A DNA stretch of 62,590 bases, counting the filler, from Stramenopiles sp. TOSAG23-3 (lineage: Eukaryota): NCBI GenBank assembly GCA_900128585.1. It is 37 parts of 37 records of this genome, joined end to end, with 100 filler letters (N's around TTAATTAATTAA, not from the genome) between each part and the next. Parts side by side here need not be neighbours in the genome. Positions count along the whole stretch, not along the records: positions 10,233 to 11,834 come from LT645632.1; positions 11,935 to 13,535 come from LT645633.1; positions 13,636 to 15,236 come from LT645634.1; positions 15,337 to 16,936 come from LT645635.1; positions 17,037 to 18,636 come from LT645636.1; positions 18,737 to 20,336 come from LT645637.1; positions 20,437 to 22,035 come from LT645638.1; positions 22,136 to 23,734 come from LT645639.1; 29 more parts are not named here. One strand, 5' to 3'. Made by a program: the position numbers and the translations under genes. The notes below the pieces were generated by a model. That model searched no databases. It had not been told where the DNA came from and was given only the letters and a program-made list of their open reading frames with translations. Numbering within the stretch: the first letter of the stretch is position 1; each line of letters opens with the position of its first letter. Below are positions 11,364 to 22,903 of this stretch, in pieces.

Positions 11364-11834
11364 TCAAGTGCAGGAGGTAAAGTACCCTTTGTACTTTTCG
11401 AGCATTGCTTTTGAGGTTGACATGAAATCGCCCACGGGGGTGCTGGGGTACACTGTGGCAAAATCGGTGGTCCACTGGTACGCATGTTGGGCCAGTATTT
11501 TGTCGACCGCTCCTTGGTCTGTCGGAACACCTTTTCCGGCGTCGTTGAGCGCCATCTCGAGAAGCAGTTGTGCCCGTTTCCCGTAGTAATCTTTGATAAG
11601 CCCGTTCCAATGCTTTGATGCATAGTCGATCGGGCCTCCTGGGATCTTGCTGTCGTCCTTTGCGGTCGGGTTCCATGTGGTGAGTTGGACTCTCGCGTTC
11701 CATTCGTAAAACTTTTTGCAATCGCTGCCAATTATTGGAAAGTTCTGCGCTGCGCAGTCCGTAGCAACCGGGCCACCGGCGGGCGATGCCCAGTAGCGTG
11801 CCATTTCCAGCCAACTCCCCAACAGAAATCCGCT
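11364..11834 (-). CDS. NAGLU: Alpha-N-acetylglucosaminidase (GH89), C-terminal fragment
   Basis: FLLGSWLEMAR...YEWNARVQLTTW...DYASKHWNGLIKDYYGKR matches the NAGLU C-terminal domain. Confidence 0.9.
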   Translation of the reverse strand, partial: SGFLLGSWLEMARYWASPAGGPVATDCAAQNFPIIGSDCKKFYEWNARVQLTTWNPTAKDDSKIPGGPIDYASKHWNGLIKDYYGKRAQLLLEMALNDAGKGVPTDQGAVDKILAQHAYQWTTDFATVYPSTPVGDFMSTSKAMLEKYKGYFTSCT

Positions 11835-11936
11835 NNNNNNNNNNNNNNNNNNNNNNNNNNNNNNNNNNNNNNNNNNNNTTAATTAATTAANNNNNNNNNN
11901 NNNNNNNNNNNNNNNNNNNNNNNNNNNNNNNNNNTC

Positions 11937-13452
11937 TCCGAATCAGGGCGAGAATTCTACTACCACCGAGATAGCCACAAGATTGAATGGGATCTCCCAG
12001 AAGTCGAGCACTTGTGGGTTAAGAAAAAGGAGAAGAATGGCGAGTACTACTACTTCAATACAAAGACGAAAGAGTCTCAGTGGGTAGCCCCGAAGGAGTA
12101 TAAGTCCCCAGACAAGAGAAAGCCTAAAACGTTTGGCAAGGAAGAGGACGACGGCCTGGAAGCCGGGGGAAAAGGATGTCGGGCACGATGCGCAATATAC
12201 GTTCGGTAGAGGCAATCAAAGCCAGTGTCAAGAACCACCACCACGCATGCGTGCTCACGTGCTGCGCGTTTATTTGGCACGCGTTGTTCGTATTGCTAGT
12301 GGGCGGTGCGGCGATGGGGGTGCGGTACAAGTGGGATGGCAAGCTTCCGCAAGACCAGTTTGGGGGGAGAAGATTGGCCGCCATCAACGAGACCTGCCGG
12401 ACAGGGGTTCCAGTTTTGCCAGAGGTACAGCGCGGAAAGCTGTGGTGCGAGGTGAATTACTATAGGATGGCACAGGGCAAACTGGCGAAAGGGAAGCCGT
12501 ATTACGATTGCCCAGCAGAAAAAATTGAGCCATGCACTACTGGCAAGAACGGGGCTGCTTGCGAAAACGGAGGATCCCCGGCGGGGGATAAAATTAACGG
12601 CGGAACAAAGTATTGTAAATGTAACTGCCGATATGGATTTGCCGGAGAGCGTTGCCAAATTAAATTGGATAGTTGCCCAAACAAAGACTGCGAAAATGGA
12701 GGCACGGCAGTGGGTTTCAAGAACCAATATGGGGATACGGCGGGGTGTAGTTGCAACTGCAAGACCGGGTACCAAGGTAAATATTGTACTATAGACATGA
12801 ACTGTAAAAACGGCACCGACGGCAAGTCATGTAACAACGGCACAGCCGCTGGGATAATGGCTAATGAACAGGACCACACAAAGTGCAGTTGCAAATGTGA
12901 TGAGAATTATGAAGGCGACAACTGCCAGTTCAAGAAGTGCACTAAAGGCAAGAACAAGCAAGATGCGTGCAAAAATAGTGGGAAGGCGAATGGCACGCTT
13001 TCTACTGGTTGTAATTGTATCTGTACGAATTTCATCGGCGATTACTGCGAGATAAGCCTTCAGTGCAAAACGGGGAAGAACGGGAACGTGTGCCAAAATG
13101 GGGGAACGCCGGAGGTGGGTAAATTCAATGGTACAGACGGTTCGACGACAAACTGCGAATGCGATTGTGATAATACCGGTTATGGCGGCTCAAACTGCCA
13201 GCGCAAGTTGTGCACCAATGGCGAAGGTGGTTGGCCATGCGAGAATGGCGGCACGGCGCAAGGCTTTGAGGATGACGCATGCGGTTGCAACTGTGAAAAG
13301 GCTACGGACCACATTGGCAAGTACTGTAACGTATCTATACAATGCACAACAGGGAAAGACGGTAAAAAATGCGAAAACGGGGTGGCTTCTGGCAGAAAAG
13401 GTGCAGACGGTTCGACGACAACCTGCGGATGCGATTGCTCCTCCGCAACAGG
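11937..13452 (+). CDS. Two WW domains, one TM helix and tandem EGF-like repeats (one gene with a 1-nt homopolymer indel at 12165-12169)
   Basis: WW motifs FYYHRDSHKIEWDLP and YYYFNTKTKESQWVAP. TM CAFIWHALFVLLVGGAAM. About seven CxNGG...CxC..G(Y/F)xGxxC repeats. The inverted copy at the contig end has G6, which joins the two frames. Confidence 0.85.
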
Positions 13453-13535
13453 ATATTGCGCATCGTGCCCGACATCCTTTTCCCCCCGGCTTCCAGGCCG
13501 TCGTCCTCTTCCTTGCCAAACGTTTTAGGCTTTCT
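13453..13535 (-). other. Inverted duplicate of 12117-12198 at contig end (fold-back chimera)
   Basis: Reverse complement is identical except for one extra G in a G run. Confidence 0.9.
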
Positions 13536-13637
13536 NNNNNNNNNNNNNNNNNNNNNNNNNNNNNNNNNNNNNNNNNNNNTTAATTAATTAANNNNNNNNN
13601 NNNNNNNNNNNNNNNNNNNNNNNNNNNNNNNNNNNAC

Positions 13638-15236
13638 CAGGCCGTCAATCTTAGAGGGTTCATGGGCGCGTTCTGGCAGGATAACGACGCTCACGATTTG
13701 CTAGATCTTCAAGTGGACATTCGCAACGAGTCTGGACAAGGCCCTCGAATGACAGTCTTGGAAGTCCTTGAGTCAATTTTTGCCACTGGTATGCGAGAAA
13801 TTACTTGGGAAGAATTAGTAAGTCATTTTTCGTCCAATAAAGTGAGCCGGCAGAGAGCGATGGCGTGGGCAAAGCGCCAGAACATGTCAGCCATGTCCAG
13901 TGCATCGAGTCAGTTGATTTCCACCCAAGAGCTGGATCGAAAGTACGGACCTGTGAGCACCTCGAACTCAGAAAGTGAATCCGATGACAGTAGAACCAGC
14001 AAGGTTTGTAGCAAAAAGAAAAAAAGTGAATGCAGGGCGCTCCAATCGTCCTTCAAAGTTGGAGAGATCAGTTCTAGTCCACGGGGCAGCAAGGATCCCG
14101 CGACCCCTATGAAGGTAGCCCCGCGGGACTATGCACATGTGGCCCCACCGCCCCCGGCGATGTCACCACCGAACCTATTCTCACCGACCCCAGTGAAAAA
14201 GAACCCAGCCAGGCGCCACATGGACCTTGCAGAAATGATGGCAAGTGACGTTGGGGAACAACTCCCCCGCGGTAAGAAAGCTTCCTCCACGACTGCCGCC
14301 GTTCAGCGTGGTGACGACGACCAAAGGGCCCTTTTCGCAGAACACAGCGTTGCACCGTCTGATCCGTCTCAAACGCCGAGAAGACAGGCGTATTCAAACG
14401 TATTGGCAAGGATGGCGGCAAGCGAACTAAACGGTAGCGACGACCACGAGCCCAGAAGGGTCCAATTAAACGCAGTCGAACGGAAAAAGCCGCAGACCCT
14501 GATTCGCGAAATGTCCATGGGAGGCATAGAGCAGCGGCTTTACGATTCCAGATCGCTGCTTCAAAAAATTGCTGGCCAAGGCGACAGCCCGGGGAAAAAA
14601 TCGTCAAAACTTTCGCCCCAAGGTTTGATTCGAAACATCACGGCCGTCGAGTTCAACTTGCCGGGGGTGCTGGCGTCAAACGGCCCCAGGCATCCACCGC
14701 GCCGACCCAAATTATCGCCGTCAGAAGGCTACGAAGCCCTGAAGAAGTCGAGACGGCAGCCTCGACAAAGTGAGAGCGTACCAAGGGGCTCCGCGGAAGA
14801 GTCGGAGCGGGCGGTGCCCCGGCGTCCGGTCTTTTCTCCAACCAACGAAGGCGAAGAGAACGCGGAGGCTTACCTCCCTAATGTTAGCCGTTCGAGAGCC
14901 CCCCGGGCAAGCATATTGGAAGACCAGGAAGAAGCCATGTTGACGGGCCAGAGACGCCGCCCTCGGACACACGGTACCCAGGAGAGTGCTGCTGCAAAGT
15001 CCCTCTTGGAGACGCTGCAAGCGTCTTTGGAGCGGCCTGCATTCAGCCCTGGCCTTCGTAACAGCGAGACACGGGCAGCAATGGCAACCCCAATTCAAAG
15101 TAAAATCCGCGATGCTCCCGAAGAAGGCAACGGCAACCACAGCCCCATGCGGACGGCCCTTGACAGCGTGTCCAAAAACGCAATGGATATGTTGGCCCGG
15201 CTACGAGCAAGTCGACTCTCGGAGAAAGCTTCCCCT
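13638..15236 (+). CDS. Hypothetical low-complexity, likely disordered protein (fragment)
   Basis: Open across the contig and rich in Ser/Pro/Arg/Glu. Confidence 0.7.
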
Positions 15237-15480
15237 NNNNNNNNNNNNNNNNNNNNNNNNNNNNNNNNNNNNNNNNNNNNTTAATTAATTAANNNNNNNN
15301 NNNNNNNNNNNNNNNNNNNNNNNNNNNNNNNNNNNNCCAACAAAACAAACAAACAACAACAAAACAAACAACCACAACAAACCCCCCCCTTTTTTTTATT
15401 ATTATTATTTGTTCTTTCTTTTTAATTCATTCATTCATCATTCATTCAGCTCGAAAAGAAAGATCACATTCATACTTCAT

Positions 15481-15540
15481 ACCTCAAACCTGAAACCTCA
15501 AACCTGAAACCTCAAACCTCAATGCCTCATACCTCATGCC
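15481..15540. repeat. Degenerate 7-mer tandem repeat (ACCT[C/G]AA)n
   Basis: acctcaaacctgaaacctcaaacctgaaacctcaaacctcaa... Confidence 0.7.
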
Positions 15541-16065
15541 TATCCATGTATTAATGCCCCATCCATGTATTTATTTTGTATAATTTGATTAATATTGTAC
15601 TTTTTAGTGAACATTCAACAGTAAACGGGGGTATTATACTTTTTGGCAGTTAGTGACATGGGGGGTAAGGATAGGGGGGTATAATAGGGGAGCATGTGTG
15701 TGAAAATTCACGAAAAAATAGATATTAATTTAATGCTGTTATTATGTTAAATATAATTAAAATAGAAATAACAAAGAAAATAAGATATATATATTTCATT
15801 CCTTAATTTTCAGATTTTCAAAACATTGTTGGAATACTAATTAGAATTGTTGGAACACAATTTACTGCAAATAATTGTTTTGTCAGAACGAAGAAGAAAA
15901 AACCTAAATTAAGGAACTATGTATTAAATATTATTAACTATTGTTATTTCAATGCTAATTATATTTAACATTTAACAAAAGCCAAGAAAACGACCGGAGA
16001 GTATACATATTTATATAGGTAATAACTTACAACTACAAAACCTTTTCTTTTACAGTCGTCGGTCT

Positions 16066-16935
16066 TCACTTCTTCGTCGTCAGCTTGTTGCTTCCGTTCC
16101 TGGACTTTGAACTGTGAACGGTCGAGTCGTCGGAACTGTAATCTTCGTCATCGTCGCTGTGAAAGCCACTGACCATGCCCCCGTACATGTCCGTCATGTC
16201 CCACACCGCAAATCCGTCGCTTAGGGTAACAATCACAACGTGCTTGTCCATTCCCATCCGATCGCCAAATATTCTGTACGAAATGCCTTTTACGAAGTAC
16301 TTGCCTTCATCGGACCGTTTGTACTTCACGGTAGTAATATGGGAGGTGGTCAGCTCGGTGGTAGAAAAAACGTGCATGTCCCCTTTTGCATTCACTCCGC
16401 ACAACAGGACACCGTCTGGGGAGCAAGCGAACGACACGAGGCTGTGCTGTCTCAGTGAGCTCCCGTCCTTAAAGGTTGTTCCGACCGAGTAAGAAGTTCT
16501 AAAGTGGGCCTGGTGAACGCACGTGTCTTTCGGGAACCGTATTCGGGAAACGCGCCCGTGCCCGCTTTCGGACAAAGCGCACATCACGAAATCGTTAGCG
16601 CTCCCCCTGCAGGTAGCCGGTATAATGGTGCCGCAGTGAAGGGATGCAATCCTGTCGCTGCTTGCGTTCTCCGACCGGTCGCAAATTTGTATGAAGGACC
16701 CCAAGTGATGGCGGCAGGTCTTCAGAAGAAGACTTGCAGAGATATGAAACTCTGGAAAATTGTACAAGTCGGCGTACGACTTCTTTGCGCCTGCCCGGGA
16801 GTCTCCTAGTTTTGCCATTCTCTTTTTAGCTTTCTTCCTGGGCGCGGCCCTGTGTCGGGGGGATATGCCACCTCCAACGGTGGACTCCCTGTACGTCAGC
16901 GACGTTTCCATTAACCCTGGTGCTGTTTGAAACGT
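16066..16935 (-). CDS. WD40-like beta-propeller protein, C-terminal fragment
   Basis: SFACSPDGVLLCGVNAKGDMHVF and VTLSDGFAVWD resemble WD blades. Open to the contig end. Confidence 0.55.
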   Translation of the reverse strand, partial: TFQTAPGLMETSLTYRESTVGGGISPRHRAAPRKKAKKRMAKLGDSRAGAKKSYADLYNFPEFHISASLLLKTCRHHLGSFIQICDRSENASSDRIASLHCGTIIPATCRGSANDFVMCALSESGHGRVSRIRFPKDTCVHQAHFRTSYSVGTTFKDGSSLRQHSLVSFACSPDGVLLCGVNAKGDMHVFSTTELTTSHITTVKYKRSDEGKYFVKGISYRIFGDRMGMDKHVVIVTLSDGFAVWDMTDMYGGMVSGFHSDDDEDYSSDDSTVHSSKSRNGSNKLTTKK

Positions 16936-17579
16936 GNNNNNNNNNNNNNNNNNNNNNNNNNNNNNNNNNNNNNNNNNNNNTTAATTAATTAANNNNNNNN
17001 NNNNNNNNNNNNNNNNNNNNNNNNNNNNNNNNNNNNGCAACGACCCATTTTACACTACTTTAGCAATGTAGATATACACAGCATTGAACATCTTCTGTTC
17101 ATATTTTTGTATCTGCAGCATCTCATGAGTGTATACACAGTATCATAATTCACCTATCAAGGGTTTTGAATCGTAGATTTCAATGCTCTATGGGTGTAAG
17201 TGACTTATTTTACAAAAATAAATAATTAAAGACACCCTCCTCACTGATATTTGATTGGAAACTAAAAGCATTTACAAGAAAGTAAGACTATTCATATGTG
17301 TATAAGAAATGGGAGAAATACACATTTTCTGCCCAATTCCTTTGAATGGGTACAAAAGCAAGTGTGGGAGACTGGGAAAAAAGCCCCAGAATGGAATTTT
17401 AGAGTTGGAAAAGTTGGGTATTGGGAGCAAAGAAGGAGGAGAAAAGATATATATAGAAAGACTTGATTGACCACGCGCCCTTCCGTGACTTTATCACCAC
17501 CTTCCTCATTGGAAAGCTGGACATGGACAAGTCTGATCTTGTCACGTTCATGAACCGAGAGCTCTGAGGCGAGAGCACG

Positions 17580-17930
17580 GTGTCAGAGGACATCGTGGTT
17601 GTCTCAGAGGCTGAAATAGAGGCTCTATTAGCCATTAACTACCATGATAAACTCGCGGAGTTCCGTTCCTTAATAAATGAGGTTGACACCATCAATCAAA
17701 AGGTTGCCAATTTAAAAGGTGCCGCCGCCGCCGATAACGCGAAAAAGGAACTGAAAAAGAAACATCAACAACAACTACAAGCTCTGAAAAAGAAGCACCG
17801 AGAAAAAGTGCAACGCGTGCAACATGATGTTGCCACTCAGCAACTTTTACCCAGAAGGCCGGGAAGGCCGCGGTCACAGAAGCGACTTAGAAAAGAGACT
17901 GGCGGCGAAATGAGGCGAAAAAGGCGTTAA
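17580..17930 (+). CDS. Hypothetical coiled-coil basic protein
   Basis: 116-aa ORF with a heptad pattern and an RRPGRPR (AT-hook-like) motif. Start uncertain. Confidence 0.35.
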   Translation: MSEDIVVVSEAEIEALLAINYHDKLAEFRSLINEVDTINQKVANLKGAAAADNAKKELKKKHQQQLQALKKKHREKVQRVQHDVATQQLLPRRPGRPRSQKRLRKETGGEMRRKRR

Positions 17931-19207
17931 ATCTCGCCTCACTCGAAAGGGTCGACCCCACCAGCGAAGAAATTCCGGACAAGGTGTATGGGGCTGACAG
18001 GAACGAGCTGAACTTTAAGCATGGAAAGTGCCTGAACGCTGTGCGCTTTCTCGGTTGCACATTGTACAAAGAGGAAAGGTTATTATTATGTAAACCGTAA
18101 AAAATTCAATGAACGATAAAATGGATGAAAATAAAAAAAGATCTATACTACTCTATATCTTTATATCCAGATTTCTACATTGAGGTCTACACACAAACAA
18201 CAGCGAATACTTATTATTTTATACCCCTAAGGCGCAATGGCCTGGTTGATTCCTCGACTCAATTGTAAAGCTAACTCTGTTCGCACAAGATTGGCAGATG
18301 GCCAGTTCTCTGCACCAGTCGCTTGGGTTTTCGACCACCGTTCCAATTATTGCTTTGGCTTCTGTCTCGTCCTTGATCGGTGGCGAAAAGGAACTGGCGA
18401 ACAAAGAACCAATGTTAGATAACAAAGGGACCTTAAGGATACAATCCCTTCCTTTCTCTCTCAGCATCCAATGTATAAACTGTATTCTAAACAATCCTAC
18501 AAATACATTTGTTTTCTTTCGTTCTCTTCTTTTTCATAGGACCAACAACCATTAGAATACACTATTTACTAATTAATTACTGCCTCCTTTCTTTAAATTT
18601 AAAGAACGAATTGAACGAAGAAGAAGAGTTAAATAANNNNNNNNNNNNNNNNNNNNNNNNNNNNNNNNNNNNNNNNNNNNTTAATTAATTAANNNNNNNN
18701 NNNNNNNNNNNNNNNNNNNNNNNNNNNNNNNNNNNNTCATTTTTTTTTGGAATGATGGGAATATGATGCTCTGCTATCTGCTAGTATTTAAATCGAAGAA
18801 GATCTCGATCTCTCTCTCCCGGATGGATCAGCAGCAGCCGTTTGTTGGCAGTTATTCCAACAACAACAGAAGAACGATTCTTCTTTTCTTCTTTTCTTCT
18901 TTTCTTCTTTTCTTCTTTTCTTCTTTTCTTTTTTTTTTTCGTTATTATATTTATATATTAGACACTATTATTATTATATATTATATTATTATACTTGGTA
19001 ATAAATAGTCTGGGGTCTTCAAGATAAGACGACAGGCAAACTGGCAAACAATAGTCATAACCTTTACACCGTGTTAATTGGGGTGCTAAAAGTTTGCATA
19101 GAAACGGCTGGAATCAGACCGAGATAAAACAGCAAACACGAGGGCAAGGGATCAAGGGATCAACGCTATCATACAACTACTTTGTGCAGTACAGCAACGA
19201 CCCAGGA

Positions 19208-20336
19208 ATGCATCCGCACAGCGAAAAGGCGAAAGGGTTTCCTAGCGGGCCTTCACCCGTCCGAACAACTGGGCGTCGGGCTGAGAAGAAAAAGGGCGGA
19301 GCGGCATCGACGCGATATTTAACGCATGTATTTCGGCCGCAAGAATCAGTCCGGCCTCATAGGCTAAGCCCTAAAAAATTAAAACATAGCTCTGATTTTA
19401 TGTCTTCACCCAAGATTGTTGGCAGCGACCACTACAAATGTCGACAGCGCCCGTGGGCGTCGAACTTGGTTAGGTCGAACTTTAAGAACCCCGAATCTTG
19501 GCAGATAGATGCACCGAGCCCCACAACGGCAGCAACAGAGCAGTTGTGGCACCTCAGAGAAAAGGCTACCCTAGAATGTTTGTACAAAAAATTTGATGCC
19601 TACATGGATCGAGTTTCAAAGCAAGGGTCGAAACCGGTCCAGGCTGGCGAAGGCGATGGCGACAGTGGTCACGTGCGTACGCCTGATCCCGGCCCCGCCG
19701 TATCCCCCGAAACGGATTACCCTGCCGAACAAAGCGGCAATCTTAGCATTCAGAGTGATGAGGAAGACGTTAATGATGCTGCAAAAAAAATACAAGCAAT
19801 TCATCGTGGGAGAATAGTCAGGCAGCGAATTCATAAAGAACGAGAACAGGCCGTTACAAAAATCCAGGCTTACCACCGGGGCCGCACCCTGCGCAGAGAA
19901 CTGAAAGAGAAATCGACGGAGAACAAGCTACCCGCAGAAAATAAGGGGACCCCCCCCCCGGTGTTAACGGAAACGACCGGGCCACAACGGGTCGGCGGCA
20001 GCGCATCAAAACTTTCGCCGCGACAAATGCGTTCTCTGAAAGTAGAGCAGCTTGAAAAAACGATACAAATGGAACTGGAGGCCCTTCGGGAAGAACAGGA
20101 GTTGGAAGATGGCGACGGGGAGACGGGCGAAGTAGAACATGTTGGGGAAATGGGTGGGCCAGACCTTGCGGGGGAACCGGTGTCGCCCCCCACAAACGGG
20201 TCGGCGAAGGAATCGGTAGCGGCAAAAGTGGTGAAAGATGACAGAAACAGTAAAACCATGAGCATTCCGGAACTTTTGCCCGTTGTTGACAATTCAGAAA
20301 CTGCCAAAACTAATCCGCCGAAAGCAGAATTTGATC
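19208..20336 (+). CDS. IQ calmodulin-binding motif protein (3' truncated)
   Basis: AAKKIQAIHRGRIVR and AVTKIQAYHRGRTLR. First in-frame ATG at 19208. Confidence 0.8.
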
Positions 20337-21002
20337 NNNNNNNNNNNNNNNNNNNNNNNNNNNNNNNNNNNNNNNNNNNNTTAATTAATTAANNNNNNNN
20401 NNNNNNNNNNNNNNNNNNNNNNNNNNNNNNNNNNNNAACGATGAATTGTGAAGATAAAAAAAAGAACGATCTATGCAATTCAAACACACTGTTTGGGCAA
20501 AAACCGTTACTTTCAAAAGGTACGGTATTAGAATCACAGAGAAAAGTAGACTAGACAAACGCCCAATTCCTTTGCAGACACCTTCAAGTAGATAATTGCT
20601 AACAAACTGGGATCGCATGCAGGCATAGGGCGTCTCTCTTTTTTTAAATCTTAAAAGTCCGGAGAAAATGGCGAATATGTCGCCTTTTATAGCCAAAATA
20701 CGAGCCAATAATGAACAAAATGTGTACGGAATGTAGGCGATCCCAAAAATTTGTGCATTAAAATTTCAAGCATATTGCAAGAAAGATGGGTCAAAATGGT
20801 CCAGCCGTTTTCTCTGCAGTTCTATTTTTGTACAGTGTGAAATCAACAGTTTGGGTGAAGCTAAAGCTTCGGTAAAGAAACATTTGAATTAGAGACTTGG
20901 ACCCTTTGGACCCTTTGAAGGAAAACGGTGAAGGCCTCAGAGAAAGGCAGCGGCCGTTGAAAAAATTTAGAGGGAAATAATAAATATAATTATTAAAACA
21001 TT

Positions 21003-21560
21003 TTAATCAAATTCAACATTATTTTCTTCACTTCTTTTATTCTTGAGCAATTCACAATTCCTTTTGTCATGCCCCACTGCCTTGCAAAACCCACAACGGC
21101 GTGGGGCACGCCCGGCGTGAGGTTTCTTTCCATATTCCCCTAAGTCTAGTCCTTTATACTTTTTTGCCTGCAACCGTCTCAATTTCTTATTCTTGGGTAC
21201 CCTTTTAGGATACCTTAGCTTCTGTTTTCGTTTTAAACGACCCTTATTTTCCAGCTGGGCTAACCTATCTTCCTGAAAAGCAGTGGGGGGTATACCCAGG
21301 TCTATTAGGAGTGCTGAGTAGAGCCCTTTGAAGCCACCCTCGTTCAAAAAAAGGCAAACGGCCATCGCACAGATGTCGTACCGCACACCATTCGGTGAAA
21401 AAAGACGCTTCTCCATCATTGCTATCATAATAAAATTTGCAGACTCTATGGCGTTTGTATTTGCCCCTGTAATGTACTTGGCAATTACCTCTGGCTTTCC
21501 ATGCATGCTTAAGAATTGTTCAAGAATTCTTAAGCAAGGGTTTTCTGTACTGGTAGACGG
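21003..21560 (-). mobile_element. Mutator-like/Kolobok-type DDE transposase C-terminus with CCHC zinc knuckle
   Basis: KYITGANTNAIESAN..MEKRLF....AVCLFLNEG...LGI resembles the G.TQN.NES.N...K..F...AV..FNEG...LGI tail of this transposase group. Ends with CGFCKAVGHDKRNC. Confidence 0.6.
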
Positions 21561-22155
21561 CAAGCTCTGAGAACTGGTAGACGGTAAATTTTCAGTAGAA
21601 GTAGGTTGATTCTTATTTTTGCTTACACCAACACTGCTACTACTTCCCCTGGTCTCCCTTGTATCAGATGAAACATTCACAGACGGCAAATCCACAGACA
21701 GTGACTCCACAGAAGGATGTTTCTTTTGCTTTTTTTTTTTTTTTTTGGGGGGGGGGGGGTTTTTTTTTTTTTTTTTTTTTTTGGCGGCGGCGGCGTTTGC
21801 TTTTTTTTTTTTTTTTTTAAAAACCATTCGAACAGAAAAATACTTACTCTTTTGGTATTTTCTTGCTTCTGTGAACGTACATCCTCCAGCTTTCACACGC
21901 TTTCGACATGCGGCGATTTAGGAACCTCCCTAGGCACGCCGCAGCCGCCAAAAAAAAAAAAAAAAAAGCAAACGCCCCCGCCCCCAAAAAAAAAAAAAAA
22001 AAACAAACCCCCCCCCCCCCAAAAAAAAAAAAAAANNNNNNNNNNNNNNNNNNNNNNNNNNNNNNNNNNNNNNNNNNNNTTAATTAATTAANNNNNNNNN
22101 NNNNNNNNNNNNNNNNNNNNNNNNNNNNNNNNNNNAAGACTTAATTCTTAATCAT

Positions 22156-22484
22156 TAAAATACAAGAAAATTGGCTGTTACTTCTTGTTTTATGTAAGCA
22201 ATTAAAATTAAATGTACTGCGAACTGAACTCTAAATTTAGACATTCGATGATAGTCAAGACTAAGTGACAAGGGTATATCGGTTAGAAAGACCAAAAGAG
22301 CAATGATAAGTTCGCAGTTCATGAAGGAATGTAAACCTAGAATGTCTAAATATAGATTTCAGTTCGCAGTACATTAATTTTAATTACTTAAATATACAAG
22401 AAAAATTTGGCTGTTATTTTTTACTTAAATAACAGCCAATTTTCTTGTTTTTAATTTAGACATTCAAGGTTTACATTCCTTCAT
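22156..22484. repeat. Dispersed AT-rich repeat, nested direct and inverted copies
   Basis: Forward unit 22156-22246, reverse unit 22321-22394, forward head 22396-22418, reverse head 22423-22453 and forward tail 22454-22484. Confidence 0.85.
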
Positions 22485-22558
22485 CATTTGAGTGAGATTC
22501 TTATACACCGTATGTACGTATACTATTAATTGTCACCTTCAACTTCTGTTCCAATCGA

Positions 22559-22903
22559 TTAAAGGCCAAAATCAGTGCACTTGAGTTTGACAGCATCCAT
22601 CCTGTTCCGGGTGATCAGAACTCGTTTTTGCAGTTGTTTTAGTTTAGTAACAATGCGCTCGTCCTGAAACCCAATGGCCAATAATTCGTTTAGTTCGGCA
22701 GTCCAACGTACAACATTTTTGTAGTGCCGTTTTTCCATAAGTTTTTTATTTCCCCGGAGAATCTCCATAACGGCGGCGTCTCCATTTTTAAACTTGTTTT
22801 TCATCTCTCTCAACGCATCGTCAATATTAATAGAAACGGTGATGTTGCCAGAGCCCATCCCCGCATCCATAAAGAATCTTTGATTTTCTTTAAAGTTCTT
22901 TAG
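22559..22903 (-). CDS. UVSSA-like helical segment (fragment or relic)
   Basis: FFMDAGMGSG...AAVMEILR..KKLMEKRHYKNVVRW...RNRMDAVKLKCTDFG resembles the UVSSA mid-region (from recall). Confidence 0.45.
   Translation of the reverse strand, partial: LKNFKENQRFFMDAGMGSGNITVSINIDDALREMKNKFKNGDAAVMEILRGNKKLMEKRHYKNVVRWTAELNELLAIGFQDERIVTKLKQLQKRVLITRNRMDAVKLKCTDFGL

Noticed and set aside
13453-13528. C-terminus and stop codon of the EGF ORF (YCASCPTSFSPRLPGRRPLPCQTF)
   Set aside because: Encoded by the inverted chimeric copy, so it is not the real protein end.
17290-18100. Fragmented coding-like frames around ORF 17580-17930 as a viral or transposon relic
   Set aside because: No recognisable motif, so no family can be supported.
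21717-22035. Poly-Lys/poly-Phe/poly-Pro ORFs
   Set aside because: They are translations of long homopolymer runs and their inverted copy, in low-quality fold-back sequence.
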